A program made the position numbers and the translations under genes. Below are positions 48,373 to 62,228 of a stretch of 64,000 bases of DNA, in pieces; positions within the stretch are counted from its first letter, which is position 1; the number at the start of each line of letters is the position of its first letter. Under the pieces are notes generated by a model that worked only from the letters and a program-made list of their open reading frames with translations, was not told where the DNA came from and did no database searches. The DNA comes from Podarcis pityusensis. Taxonomy: Eukaryota. The stretch is from the NCBI GenBank assembly GCA_964106645.2, contig OZ067039.1. The stretch is one strand, 5' to 3'.

Positions 48373-49041
48373 CTGACAAAAAAATAATAATTGTGAGTTG
48401 TCACTCATACATTATTTGCTTATCACTTCTCAAGGTTTTTTTTTAAAAAAACAAACTAGCATCTAGTTAAATAATACTACCAAAGATGGGTGGAAATGGT
48501 CCAATGCCATGGTCTGAAGGCACATGATGCAACCACGTTGGTGAAGGTAAGGAAGTTTGAGTCTAGGCCACTGACTGTATGGGAATCCCACCAGGAAATT
48601 GGATATATGCTGTCTTAAGTTCCATGATGGAAGGAAGTCCTGGTATATTTAAATCTTGCCTAACAACAACAACAACAGTGTGCAAGGATGGCGTCTTACA
48701 AGCACTCTGAGAAATGTGTTCCACAGTAATGGCACAAATATGACAGTGGTGTTAAAATTAGATAAAGATCAGTTTCTCTCTTACCCACAATGAGGAAGAG
48801 CTATTCTATTATCCACCCTTATTCTAACCCCTGTTAAGCCTGCTTTTTTTTTAACCCTAAATTAAAAGCAGTTAGCATCTCTTTCTCGCTTCTGAGACTT
48901 GATAATATTTCCCCATGACAGCCATCCAAAAGCAAACCATTGCAACTTTACATTTAAAAATAAGCAGTTCACTGATTTGAGAACAGTACTTAAGAAAGAG
49001 GTAAAACAATATTTTGTGTTTCCTAAAAATTAATTCCTTAC

Positions 49042-49212
49042 CGCTCCCCGGTTGTTCTTTAGTTCACCATGACAGCACACGACACGTGAATCATCTATCA
49101 AGGAGTCCTTTTGGCCTTCATCGAGATAGATTAGCCTCTCTTTGTAATACTGGCATTCAGATTCACCCGTCTTTTTGTTGATTTCTGCCACTATTCCTTG
49201 GACAATATTAAT
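49042..49212 (-). CDS. ARHGEF3: ARHGEF3 exon (INIVQGIVAEINKKTGESECQYYKERL...CCHGELKNNRGA)
   Basis: 171 nt, AG/GT sites. Confidence 0.97.
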
Positions 49213-50483
49213 CTGGGGAGGGGTGGAATGGTTACAAATAAGTCATAAATTGCCAAGCCAATTTTGAAAGCATTTCTTAATAGGTTTATAGTTGGAAAAA
49301 CAAAATGGGTGGATGGACTTTGTAATGAGCAAAAAGAGGCCATGTGAGTGTTTGGTACTTCAATATGGCTCTTCCATTTTAAGCATCAATCTGGCTCCAA
49401 TGCATGTACAGGAATTCTATAAGCAAGAACTTCTTCATTATGTCCTGTGAGCAGGCGTATGCTACATATATGTGAGAGGAAATCTGTCGTGCAAACAGAA
49501 CTCCTTTATTCAATTAATCTAAATAAAGAGTTTAAATCCCCATCGTTCCTTTCTGCTTACGTATTTTGTATTCCTAGATAACTGCTATTTTTTTGCATGT
49601 TACAGAGCCCAAGCAGTTTAACGGTTTATACTCTCTCAACTTTAAACAGCAGTTTAGGATGCAGTATGTAATAGGAATGCGTTCTAAAAAATAAAATCTG
49701 AAAGCCAATGATGTGAAGTTTCTTCCCACAATTTACTTGAATTAGAAAAAATATTAAACCTATTTTCCCCAAGCTTCTTGTTTAACTGAAGCTTTAAAAG
49801 AAAAACCTGAAAGAAAAACAGTTTTACAGGCTTTCTGAAAGATGCTCAAATTCAGGCTTCACCACATTTTCAAGGAGAAGGAGCTCCAAAATCGTGTGGG
49901 AATAATGAGAACAGCTCTCTTGTGCCCTTGCTATTTGAACATGACAAATGAGTGGTACTGTTAAAACACTAATTTTTGGTCAATTTTGGAAAATTTAGGG
50001 GGGAAACGCTACATTATGTTCATAATAGGCAACTAAAAGCCACAAAACATGTAAGGCTTTGGATAACACCAATGATTGCATGCAACAATATATTAAGCTA
50101 TCAGCTTTGCATCAGGGAAGTGGCTACAGGGAGAAAGCAAATGACCCAGGATGTCCAAAGATGCAACCAGTACTTCCAGTAGCAGTTTGCATGAGTGTAA
50201 TGGCACATGTTGCAACTGGCACACTCACACAAATCACATCTAGCAAAGGAATGGCAGAATCCATATACACACCAGGTCAGTGGATACTTCCTCTGCAAAG
50301 TGCATTCCAAGGACCACTTGAGCTACTCAGTGTAAAGCAATTTTAAAATACCCGAAGCCCAAAAAGTCACAGAAATCTAACAAGAGAAGGGAAATATACA
50401 CACATCTTTCTGAGAGAAGGTATGTGACTCTACTTCTAATGATTTGCCCTTTAGATAAGGTATTAATTAGTTGAAACACATAC

Positions 50484-50741
50484 AGCTTCTTCGATGTGCT
50501 GTTGGTCTGGATGATCGTTTGGCGTGTGTCGCAGAATCTCTCTAAGCAGTAGTGGGTACTTCACTAGACGGCTTCTTGGGATATCAAGGAAATTCCACAG
50601 GTCCAGTTTACGGCTGAAAGGTGACTCTAGACAACGCTGTAAGAAGTCTTGAACCCGATGATCCTGCTTCTTCTGGTCCAGCAAAGTTTTGGCAGCTACC
50701 TGGTTGCTACAGTAGCTATCATAGGAATTTAGACAAGGCAA
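50484..50741 (-). CDS. ARHGEF3: ARHGEF3 exon (LPCLNSYDSYCSNQVAAK...DIPRSRLVKYPLLLREILRHTPNDHPDQQHIEEA)
   Basis: 258 nt, AG/GT sites; DH-domain signature. Confidence 0.98.
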
Positions 50742-52012
50742 CTAAAGGAAAAATAAATATTTGGAATTATTATTATTATTACTCCACCCATCTGATTGAA
50801 AATACAATTGATGATACCAGTAATTGCTACTACTGGATGATAACGGTTAGAAGCCTGATTTTGTCACTTATTACCATCTAGCAGTGTAATGTCACTGGGA
50901 ATATTTCTTAGAAACTTACAATCCAATAAGCAGGTGTTTAGAATGAGTGCAACATCTGTTGAGCCAGTAAAACACAAAAATTCCATGTGGCATACTGGTA
51001 TTACCTGCTAAGATGTTACACTTTGCCTAGGAACACCATATTGCCAGATGCACTCATTTATTTATGCTCCACTCTTTGAGAAAGTCCTACACAAAGCAGC
51101 TTACAATATTTTAAAATGCAAATCTGTTCCACGGAACCTTTAAAAACACATAGCCAACACCAAGAGATGATAGCAGTCTCTGCAGGAATTGCATTCCATC
51201 ACTGTGAAGTCGCTGCCCGGAAGGCCCTATTATGCATTCTTGCTAGTCTGGGGGAGAGCTATGATGTAGGCTCTCCAATTTATAGTAGCAATGGGTGGTT
51301 TCTACTATTGTATCAATACAGCCAACTCTTTTACGAAACAGATCACACCCTCTGATATTTGGATGAAGGGTGCTATATAAATTCAATAAATAAGAATAAA
51401 CATATGGAAACGTTTACTGTTTGCCAATATGGGAATCTGGCTGTGGCATTCACAAAGTGAGTTGAAACTTGTCCAGTAGCAGCTGGCATGGTGGTTCACA
51501 ACTGCTGTCCTGGCACTAGCGTTGTACAGTTTATCTGGATAGGGGTCTGTCAGGACAACATAGAGGCCAGGTCAGGACTGGGCAGATGCGCTGGGGGAGC
51601 CAATCTGGTTCTTGTGCTGGTGCATCTGCAAAGCTCCAGCTTCAACACTGTCCTGCCTCAGCCATATGCAGGTAAGCAGTAGTGGTGCTGGTATCAGGAG
51701 GGCAACTGCATGGCTCTGCCCCACCACACTGGCCACTACTGATCTTGACTCCTACGTAACACAGAGTTAGTCCTCATACCCTTACCCTTCCTGCAGTGTT
51801 ACTGCTTGGTACTAGTTCTCAGATCAAACATGGCTTAGATTATTTAACTGATGCAATTCACTTAAAAATATTGCAACAAGAATGTTTGTTAACCCCAATA
51901 TCGCTGCCCATTCTTACACATTTTACTATTGCTAGTTTTCACTTTTATAACCTTAAAAACGAGGAAGCATATAAAGAAAACAAAATTAACCATTTGTGAA
52001 AGTTTTCCATAC

Positions 52013-52089
52013 CCAGCCCACAAGGATGTGACCAACACAGTCTGTAGATCCATCAGGCTTCCTAATTTCTTTTAGCCGTCTAAGAAGAT
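52013..52089 (-). CDS. ARHGEF3: ARHGEF3 exon (DLLRRLKEIRKPDGSTDCVGHILVGW)
   Basis: 77 nt, AG/GT sites, phase-consistent. Confidence 0.96.
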
Positions 52090-52801
52090 CTAATGTAAAT
52101 ACATGAAAAACATGAAAAACTTAATTGGGGTGGGGTCAGCTTGTAAAAGAATACTGAGGACTCTTCTATAGTAAAGTTCAACCTGTCAAGTACTGTTTGA
52201 GAGCCTTTCATTGCCTTTGACCATCTGCCTGTTTATCACTATTTGCTTATAAAACTCCTGTCAAATGATGCAAGACCCCTATTTCACAAAGCCGTGAGCT
52301 ATCCCATGAGAAAAAGGCTATGCACAAACTTGGGTGATACACCCTGCTTGTGTTCCTCTTTCAGTGCCAAACTATACAAGGCACGGGAGAACTGTGATTA
52401 GTTTCCCCCACATTTCTATTTTTAACAAAGAGGAACCGAGAACTCTGGTTTTGACGGAAGCAGTAGTGCTACAGAAAAGGAGAGGGTGTAACCATTCCTC
52501 ACCACAACTGCTTTCCCAACCAAAATCCCACCCAAAGAAGCTGCTAGTAGGCTCACCTAGGGGGAAATACAGCTACCTGTATCATGCTGGTATTTATCCC
52601 CCATCCAGGGGGAGGAAAAATTAGGTCAGGACCTAAATTTTTACACAGACATGAATGCGTCAACCCTCTTCCCCAGCACAGGTGCTCCAAATCTGAATCA
52701 GAGCCCTTCCTTGTAATTGCTTTCAACTAAAAACAGTAATTTCAGGAGACTCAATGAATAGTTATATCTAATCTGTCTAGAAACATATGAATACCATCTG
52801 C

Positions 52802-52806
<5 letters not shown>

Positions 52807-52840
<34 letters not shown>
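52807..52840. repeat. (AC)17 microsatellite
   Basis: Read directly. Confidence 0.97.
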
Positions 52841-52843
<3 letters not shown>

Positions 52844-53327
52844 ATTATACAAATCTTATTAAGAAGTTGAAATGCACAAATATTTACAATATGCCTCTTG
52901 AAAAAAAATATTGGGTTGAAAAGTCCCTGTCCCCCCCCCCCCCCCAGCATTTAGACATCTACTTCCATCTATTTTTTTGTGACTTAACTTCTGTTGGGAA
53001 CAGTCAACTCTCGTAATGAAACTTTAACCGTGTAAATATAATTTCTGATAGCACCCAAACCGATTCCCAGATGTGTGTCAGTACTGACAATGAAAGTTGG
53101 AAACTGTGGAGTCAACAGACAGGAATGACAACTAATGACACTAATGCTTCTGTAGTGGAGGTAAAATAAAAAGTGCCCATTCCAATGTACATTTTTCCTC
53201 CATAGATAAATTTTGTAGAGGTTTTTTTCCCAGTCTGCAGCCCAATATAATTCAACTGTTCCTCAAACAATGCTCCTCAAACTTATTTGGCTCTTAGCAA
53301 CTGCATATACAATAGAAAGAATTATAC

Positions 53328-53424
53328 CTTCATGCAAAGGAATTAAAGAGTCCAGTGTCCCAAATATTTGGTTTAATTCTTGCTCTGACATTATGGAAAG
53401 TTTAAGCATTGGGTCATGGTAAGC
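53328..53424 (-). CDS. ARHGEF3: ARHGEF3 exon (AYHDPMLKLSIMSEQELNQIFGTLDSLIPLHE)
   Basis: 97 nt, AG/GT sites. Confidence 0.97.
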
Positions 53425-53612
53425 CTGCACAAAGATAGAAAAATCATTTAATAGATACATATTTGAAATTCCATTATTGGTGATAGCATTTAAACTCTTG
53501 CTCTTGTGCCTTAAAGTTTTTATATATTTGAATTAATCTGTACACACAGATCATAGAAACTGCCTGTGAACAAATTCAATAGAGGCACACAATAATTAAG
53601 GGTATATAATAC

Positions 53613-53675
53613 CTTCTTTGCTAACTTCAGGTCTTCTATCAAGTCTTCTTCTCCTTGTGAAAGTTCAAAAATTGC
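53613..53675 (-). CDS. ARHGEF3: ARHGEF3 exon (AIFELSQGEEDLIEDLKLAKK), DH domain
   Basis: 63 nt, AG/GT sites. Confidence 0.96.
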
Positions 53676-53967
53676 CTATAACAGAAGATATAACCTTGAT
53701 AAATTTGCAGTTTCAAAATTTCTCAAATAACATTTTAAAACTATGGATAAATGGCAAGTCCAAATTGCCACAGTGCCAAATGGGGTTGGGTGTAAACTCA
53801 ATTAAGTTAGCATTTAAACCCAAATCATTCAAATTTGCACTTTCGGGGGGTGGGGACACAACATAGCCACCCACTGAAATTTGTGCACATCTTAATTTTA
53901 CAATACAGTTATCCAACCAGGCAATGTTTACAAAATATTATGCATATTAACATACAAAAATGCACTA

Positions 53968-54250
53968 CAGTGGTGCCCCGCAAGACGAATGCCTCGCAAG
54001 ACGAAAAACTTGCTAGACGAAAGGGTTTTGCGTTTTTTGAGTCGTTCCGCAAGACGAATTTCCCTATGGACGTTTCGTCTTGCGAGTTCTTGCAAGTTTG
54101 TTTCCTTTTTCTTAAAGCCGCTAAGCCGCTAATAGCCGCTAAGCTGTTAATAGCCGCTAAGCCGCTAATAGCCGTGCTTCGCAAGACGAAAAAACCGCAA
54201 GACGAAGAGACTCGCGGAACGGATTAATTTCGTCTTGCGAGGCACCACTG
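53968..54250. mobile_element. MITE family B, opposite orientation to the copy at 13398
   Basis: TA-CAGTGGTGCCCCGCAAGACGAA...TTCGTCTTGCGAGGCACCACTG-TA; internal 18-mer TAAGCCGCTAATAGCCGC repeated about 3 times. Confidence 0.88.
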
Positions 54251-54586
54251 TATATTTGGAGAAAGTGATTGCAAAATTCTGTGATTAATAAAAACTGCAT
54301 GCAAAATTTCATTTATTAGGAAAAAAACCACCCTAAATTGCTGAAGAATTTTTATGAGTTTTTAACAAGAAATTTGCAAATTGCTGAAATGCAGAGAACT
54401 GAATTAAAATAATTAGAGACAGAGAAATGAAATTGTCAGATTCTTCCATTCCTAACTGTCAAAGCAAGAGAAGCTAAAAAATGAGACCAAGCTTTAAGTC
54501 TATTAAAATACTGTCCTTTATCCTTCATCCTTCCCTTTGTGATGAAACTCATCCCTAAAATAATGGTGGAGAGCCTACTGGCGAAA

Positions 54587-54761
54587 GGTTACAGACACTT
54601 TAGGTTACAGACTCTGCTAACCCAGAAATAGTACCTCGGGTTAAGAACAGAAATCGCGCAGCGGCGCGGCAGCGGGAGGCCCCATTAGCTAAAGTGGTAC
54701 CTCGGGTTAAGAACAGTTTCAGGTTAAGAACGAATTAAGTTCTTAACCCGAGGCACCACTG
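54587..54761. mobile_element. MITE family A, left end missing
   Basis: Homologous to 42233-42472; right TIR and TA present. Confidence 0.8.
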
Positions 54762-54769
54762 TAAATGGC

Positions 54770-54830
54770 GTTCCCAGGCAGTCTCCCATCAGACACATAC
54801 CAGACTGGCTTAGCTTCGGCAGACTGCTAA
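54770..54830 (-). mobile_element. 5S rRNA-derived SINE head fragment
   Basis: Minus strand GAAGCTAAGC...GATGGGAGACTGCCTGGGAA matches the 5S internal promoter (A and C boxes). Confidence 0.65.
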
Positions 54831-55310
54831 ATCATGTGCCTTCAGACTATGCCCTGGGGCCTTTTAATAAAGGGTACTTGTATGATTCAGCATCCTATGC
54901 TAAGCTAGAATGGAATGCCATGCGATGCTGTGCATGGCATTTCCTCCATTTCTAAAATATTTTATTATGAATTCTTTTTTCCCCAATGAAGATGTGAAGA
55001 CAGTTAGCCCTATTTCCCTCAGCTTGAAAGAGCCAGTTATTAGCTTCTGCCTTGTCTCGCTTCAGGAATGCAAGAATGCATTGTGTTGTCTTCGAAGGCT
55101 GTGATGGCTGCTTTTAAAGCTTGGAGTGATTGCAAGGAGTGATTGTGCATTTCAGTGTTTTCATGTGTGCAAAGGAGATGGGTGGCGGCTAGTTCTGCCA
55201 AGGAGGGAAAAATGGGACTAAAAAGAAGTTTATACACAAACATGTGTATCTTCACTTGCATTCCTTAATGCCATTTCAGGCAAGTCCAAGGAGAATATAA
55301 GTAAGCAAAC

Positions 55311-55481
55311 CTCTTGCCGCTTGATTTCTTTGGATGTCAGCATCTGATTGACACAAACATCAAAGGTCTCACTCCAAAGTTTACTGTCTCTTCGCTTGGT
55401 GCTAGCAGGGGGCACATTTCTAGTCCAGGGTCTGGAGGCAAGCAGATCTGGCCGACTGTCACTGCGAAAACTGATGGAACG
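55311..55481 (-). CDS. ARHGEF3: ARHGEF3 exon (RSISFRSDSRPDLLASRPW...KRRDSKLWSETFDVCVNQMLTSKEIKRQE)
   Basis: 171 nt, AG/GT sites; near identity to ARHGEF3. Confidence 0.97.
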
Positions 55482-55961
55482 CTGTGAAAAATAAAAATAA
55501 AATAGTTATTGCTTTGCTAGGGTTGATGGGAAGGTTAATTGTCATGTTGATGACAAAGTAAAACCACTGTTTATTCACACAATACTGTTTAATATTTTGG
55601 AATGAGAACTGACGCAGCTGCATCAAAAAGGAGGAGTTAAGAGTTGTCTCCCATACTAGTTCTGCTCAAAAGAGATCCATTAAAAGTAATGGATTCAAGT
55701 TAGTAATGTCTATTGATTTCGATGGGTCTATTCTAAGTAGAAATAGCACTGGAGACAACCTTGTATAAGAGAAATTGTTATCAAACAGAAATCAAACACT
55801 TGCTTTTACTTAAAGTGAAAATTATTAATAAAGTGCTTTTCATTACTTCCATATAGATGAGCAATATGCAAAAATAAATGCTTTACAAACAATACCAGAA
55901 ATAAGACATGTTGCATTCCTTGTACTGAACCCTACTTAATTAATTAAAAAATCGGTTTTAC

Positions 55962-56069
55962 CTGAAGCGTCTGACCAAATCGTTTCAAAGGAGTTGCTCG
56001 AACGGGAGGAATTAAACTTGCTAGTGATGTCACTCTAGAAAGAGGCCTGACCCGCTTATTACTGGGCTC
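55962..56069 (-). CDS. ARHGEF3: ARHGEF3 first common coding exon (EPSNKRVRPLSRVTSLASLIPPVRATPLKRFGQTLQ)
   Basis: AG/GT sites, 108 nt; matches recalled ARHGEF3 EPSNKRVKPLSRVTSLANLIPPV. Confidence 0.96.
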
Positions 56070-57924
56070 CTGTAAATTTTAGACAAAATACTTACGTGTT
56101 AGAATCATAAAGCCAACACTGATTTCATAATACAAGTATAGAAGTTTCAATGTATCCCAGTCCCCAATGGGGGACCCTTTCAGGACTCCAATTAGCTTGT
56201 AGTATTGTTTGGTTCTCACAGAAGGTTTCAGGTGGGGATCAAGCAAAACCACCATCCTGAATACTTTCCACAGTGTGCCATATAGTGCTAACGGGTGCAA
56301 GTCCAAGTTTGGCTGTCAGCTTTTGGCCCCCAGGATGATTTAGAAAGGATAACACACAAATACAAAATTCAAGTACCAAAAAAAAACAATCTTACAAAAA
56401 TTTAAGATGAACAACCTTAATATTTCAAAAATTATTAAAAGCCAAATGCATTTATGTTCCTGCCCAAACGACAAAGAGCAGTCCCCAAAAAGATGTCAGA
56501 GAGAGCAAGATTAAACCTGAGTATGTTGTTGTTATTATCATTTCCCCTTTTCCATTTAAAACATGTAAAGTGTTGCTGGTAGGAAGGCAATCAGACATGA
56601 AATTAAAACAAAAATGCTAAAGACAGCAGCAAGCAACAGATCAAAACAGAGAGAGGCCCAGAGGATCACCATTGGGAGGGAATTCTACTATTTTGATGTC
56701 TCTGCCCAAAAAAATTCCCCCCTCTCTCATGCTCACCTATCTGATCTGATGTAAAGACAAAACTTAGCAGGGTCTCAGCAGCCTATCTCAAAGGTTGTGC
56801 AGGTTCATGGTGGACTAGGTGATTTCTGAAGATTGCTATAAACTGTGGAGAGAGGTAAAAAACTGTCTGTTTTCCTTTACTGTCTCCTGAGCTCTCCCCA
56901 TATAGCACAGGGAAGGGGGCTAACTGCATGCTGCACCTCTCTACCAGCCTTAACAGACACCTCCTGGGGTTCAATCTGTCGGGGGCTTGTGCTGACTAAT
57001 ACTTCCCCTATGACATTCCACCCCCAACATCCTCAGCACTTCATGGGTCAACTGCCCTTGACAATTTCTGGAAGACGCTAAGCAAAAGATCTCATTAGGC
57101 CATTTGGGGATAAAAGAGTCCCCCACAACTCTTTTCTCATACCCCAAGTATGCAGAAATCACTACCTTAGTATGGTATTAGTAAGGCTCGGCATAAGTAC
57201 AACCAATTCTCATGTTTACAATTAAGATTATTTTGCTCAATGCACACAGCTGGCAAACATATGAAATATCAAAAGTACAAGAAGAAAATGTTTTGGAGAG
57301 AGAAAGGATGCACAACAGACATATGTAACTTTAAGTCCCATTGTGTTCAATTGGGCTTATTCTCAGGTAAGTGTGCATGCAATTGCACTGTTAAAACATT
57401 CATGCACATACATTTAATCACTTCCCTGTCTCATCTTGCAATGCAAAAGGTTCAGCAGCTATGCTTGTTATCATGACCTTGCCACTGAAAGGCATAGATA
57501 CAGTTTCAAAACAGAAGTCTTTAGCCTCAAATATTTCTTCCAGCTGAGAGTCAAATCATTATGCATATCTGTGTTACCAGATCTCCAGCAAGCAAAAATT
57601 AGAGAGTTTAAGATTACAGTATTTGCGAAGGTCATTTGTACATTTGATTGTATTTATATCTCTCAAATTTATTACGCAATTATAAAACATCCACTATGTA
57701 TTTAAAGAACTGAGTTTTTAACAAAACTCAGTAAGCATCTATCATCAAAAAGCAATTCAAGAACCAAGATATACAATTAACAACTCACTATTTAACCCCT
57801 TTTGTGTCAAGAAGCTCTGAAGGATTAATACTCTTGTTTCTGCACACACACACAAAAATGTAAACAAAGGTATAAGAAGCAGGAAAAGCTATAGCAGTAA
57901 ATATTTTTTGAAGTTTACGATTAC

Positions 57925-57975
57925 CCTTGCTTTCCTAATCTCCATCCGACATTGAAGAGATCGTGGGCAGCACAT
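57925..57975 (-). CDS. ARHGEF3: Candidate alternative first coding exon of ARHGEF3 (MCCPRSLQCRMEIRKAR)
   Basis: ATG 57975 preceded by an in-frame stop (58047); 17 codons; donor AGG|GTAATC in phase 0 matches the acceptor at 56069. Confidence 0.5.
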
Positions 57976-60900
57976 GTAGAAGGCAAGACTTGACAGAAAA
58001 ACCCAGATCTTCCAGGTGATGTGAAACCCATCAAAAATCACATTTCAGGAACATCCTAAGTCCATTCACCTCTCTTTTTCAGCCATGATCATGAAGTTTG
58101 CTTAAGCATCATATAATTCTAGTTTCGTAGAAAAAACAGTGGTGTAATAAACCAGCTCTGACTACAATCTTCCACATGCTAGCCATTCATATTAGCAATC
58201 ATTTCTGGGGTTAGGGGTGGGGGGAAGGAAATCAGAGCATTAGCAACTTCATTAATACTGATTAGAAATATCACTTCCATCAGCACAGCTACGGAGAGGA
58301 GAACTGGAAGCCAGCCACATATTTATTTCTCCACAAATAAAGCTGAAATCCAACAATATTCCTTAAAGCATGGAAGAAATATATTTTAAAACCCCACACA
58401 TATAACGGATTCATCCACTTGGCAGTCCTGGTTGCAAACAAAAAATGCAGTCTGCCCTCAAATCTTCAGCAGAGGTGCATTCTGTATCCTTCGCCTTCAT
58501 CAGCAGTCCCTTGGCTCAGCTTTTTTGTTAAGTACATTTATTTTTATGCCACTGCAGCACCACTGGAATACTGAACACTCTAGAAAAGACATTCAGCATT
58601 CACTGTGATTCTCCTCTCAATGGCGCCTCAGCCATCAGCTGTTTCTTATTTAGCATGCCAGTGATGCTGTGCCAGAACAGAGAGACGCTTCACATCAATC
58701 ACACTGCACTGCAGTCCCGGTGGGATAGAGCTACGCCACAGTGCACAGAGTTAAAAACACCCTACCTGGTTATATATTCCCTTTAGTTTCAATGACTCCA
58801 GAATATAACAATCTTTTTAAAAAACCTATACAGCTTGTTTCCACAATTAGATGTAGAAGTTGCTTGAGAGTTGCTGTCCTTAGACTACAATTGCTGGCAA
58901 AGTGAATGAGGAGTTCCAGGATGCTTTAGTCACACACCCTTATTTCTCCTCATAAACAGTAAACGTCACTGAACGAACAACCTGCTCTTGTCCTTGAATA
59001 AAAGACGGAAACACGTGATATTGCAGGACACACTGACTTTCAGTGCTTCCCTAACTTTTGATTTGCCATGCACACATTGTGCCTTTGAGATGTTCACCCA
59101 GACCCTTGAGAGCTCCTTAGCCATAAGATAGCTTTCATGCAGCTGGGGTAAAGATAAAAAAGACCCAATTATCTGAGCAGAGCAGGATCCCTTTGGCTTT
59201 TCTCACGGGATTGGCATTCCTGCTGCTGGCACATTGCCAGTTTTGGGACTGGGCTCTGGGAGTGTGGCTGAGTCAATCAACACTTCTCCCAGCTGTATAG
59301 GGGCAATCACTCATAAATCAGCATCTCCCACACAGTTAGGAGAACGTCTAAAGAGCATTCAAATCAATAAGCTTAGAGTCAAGATAGGATATTATTAGGT
59401 TAGAAAAACCATGTAAACTGACTTTACTGGCTTTGACATCTGCACAGGAAGAAGGAGAAATGCATGTTCAGTCCCCCTTCTCTAGCAGCTATGGAACCAG
59501 ATACCTTCAGAAAGGAAGATCTTTATTTCTCTAATGCAAGGGCTACATGGACTACAAAACTGAAAACTCTGCTGCTGCCTGGTTTTTGGAGGAGGCACAC
59601 AGAGGCAACTGAGCAGTCTGCTATCTGGGTAATATTGCACTGAATGAGAGATAGGGTCAGTATTTAGTTCGTTGTTTGTTAAAATAGCTTCATATCAATT
59701 AGAGTCCTTGAGTTGCTCTTAATTAGTCTCTAGCCAAGGTGTGAACACCTTTGCTTAAGGTAAAGACATACCTGTTGTGTCAACGCTCCCTGATGTGTAC
59801 ACAAACAGAAACCAAATTGATACTAATGAAGCCATTAGTGGTGATGTGAACAGCTGGGGGGAATGTGCTATGAAATGCTAGGTGGGGACCATTTCACTGC
59901 ACTCTACGGTGATATTGTGAACACACAGGGTAGGCTCCCTATGCAGTTTAGAACCTTGGAGTCTACATAGAAAATATCCCTCCAACTTGAGAGCAATCTG
60001 GCTATGACATCTGTCACCTGATTGTTCACCAGGGTTGAGGTCATGTGCTTTAATATTTTTAGATCTTTTATTGTAATTTTATTGATACATGATAAATTAT
60101 GAATTACATTTTTGATATAAGCCACATTGGGAACGTTTTGGCCATGGAAAGCGGCACATAAAACTTTGAAATAAACAAATACATTCCAACTGACCTCTAT
60201 TTTTTGCTCTAAGCAAGGAAACTACCACTATCAGCTTTGGAGCAAGCCGCAATTTTAAATTAGGCTAACCTATATTAAACTGATACATTATTAACGTAAC
60301 CCAGCGAGAGCCTGCAAACCACAGGTCAGTCTGCTGATCAATAAAATGATTTTCTTGCATTCTCTACATCACAGAATCCACAAGCTGGGTAATTTGTGAC
60401 TGAAATTAACAAATTCTAGTCTTGAAGAAACCTTTCATTAGAAAACTCTGCAATCACAAAGGCTACTTCTGTATTAGGGTTTTTTGATAGCCATGCAGAC
60501 TGATTCCCAGATTAGTTCCAGATACAAAAAGGGTGCTGCTAGTGAGGCCTGGAGTTGCTCATACATTGCAGGGCAAATGGTGAGTGCTGTCAGCTTTAAC
60601 AATACAACTGAGCTTTTTGGGTGGGCTGGTGTGCTTATCCCACCCTTGGAAGATGGTCCAAACTATCAGAGGCCGGCTCCCCACCCCCCACCCTGGACCA
60701 TCAAAACACCTGCTAAGGTCCTTTACTCACTGCTGTGTACTATGGCCTGGAACCACTATGCTATACCAACTCTCCAGAAATGGACTGTATAAAGTAACTG
60801 GAAATATAGCAAATAAAGACAGTTGCAGAAGAAGCAACAGCAGCTAGCCCATGTATTTCATCACACTCCAAGAACCAAATGTGTATCAACAATAAATAAA

Positions 60901-61875
60901 AGTTTGGTTGCGGTTTTTTTTTTTAAGAGAAGGTTGCAAGATTATTTACAGGGCAATGTAGCACTAATTAGGGCTAGAATGATATGTTCTGGAAAACAAA
61001 TTAGTCTGCACTTAACTGTAACAGAATACTCTACAAGGTGAAAGAGTATACTGTATAGTCTTAGTTTCAAATACAATCTGCCGGCCTCACAAATAAAACA
61101 AAACAGAACCATTTTGTTTCAGACACCTTATTCCTGGCACAGTTTCTATGCTCATTTACTTTCAAAGTTTCTAGTTTGGTCAACACTGTATTGGTATGTC
61201 AACATTTGTGATGGCAGAAAGCCTAAAAAAATATTATTTGTGTTAGTCTGCTACTGATTAAATTGGCACTAGATAAAATGGTTATAATAAAATAACCTCA
61301 AGTACTGAGCTTTAGTGGAAAACCGCATTAGGAAAAAGCCTCATTCAACCTCCATTCCACAGGAAGTCATCAATATTTAGAACTAGACAGAGCTTGCTAT
61401 TTCTTTTAATTATGCAGGTTGGGAGGGGGTACTTTTGGAAATGTAACATGCGGGTGCAGTCTTAAAGAAACTTCATTGGGAGTAAATCTGAATTCACTGG
61501 AAGGTACTTTTAAATAAATACGCATAGAAGCTGGTTACAAATAAAATATTTTGAACTCAGCAATGTCTCTGCCCCAAGTTGAAAATAATCTGTTGAACAA
61601 TGTCAAGCTAGCAAGGATCAATATTTAGTTTAGACACACCCCAGAAAAACTAAGCCACTGATTTTGAAGGCTGCACTCCTGAAGGCTCTTTGAGTTACAA
61701 AAGCATCCTTGGTATATCTGCTTGTAGAAGTACCTTTTCTGTGGGATCAACAGGGTTATCTCTGTTTTTCAAAAAAATCATAAGTGGCCATTCTAGTATT
61801 GGCTGAATAACTGTAGTCTAGGGAAATAAGCACTCCTGGATAGTGCCTTTTATTTCATTGGTACACTCTGCATGA

Positions 61876-62228
61876 GGGACGTGGGTGGCGCTGTGGGTTA
61901 AACCACAGAGCCTAGGACTTGCCGATCAGAAGGTCGGTGGTTCGAATCCCCACGACGGGGTGAGCTTCCGTTGTCCGGTCCCAGCTCCTGCCAACCTAGC
62001 AGTTCAAAAGCACATCAAAGTGCAAGTAGATAAATAGGTACCGCTCCAGCGGGAAGGTAAACAGTGTTTCCGTGCGCTGCTCTGGTTCGCCAGAAGCGGC
62101 ATAGTCATGCTGGCCACATGACCCGGAAGCTGTACGCCGGCTCCCTCGGCCAATAAAGCGAGATGAGCGCCACAACCCCAGAGTTGGTCACGACTGGACC
62201 TAATGGTCAGGGGTCCCTTTACCTTTAC
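61876..62228 (+). mobile_element. Sauria SINE, full length, probably young
   Basis: GGGACGTGGGTGGCGCTGTGG head, GGTTCGAATCC B-box, CCTTTACCTTTAC tail; flanking direct repeat TACACTCTGCAT at 61862-61873 and 62226-62237. Confidence 0.93.

Noticed and set aside
53835-54227. ORF similar to ORF 13513..13719, suggesting a small gene family
   Set aside because: The similarity comes from two copies of the same MITE
54770-54830. 5S rRNA gene
   Set aside because: Only a short, gapped internal fragment; SINE-derived
58400-58520. Short minus-strand reading MKAKDTECTSAEDLR as another ARHGEF3 start
   Set aside because: No convincing in-phase GT donor found
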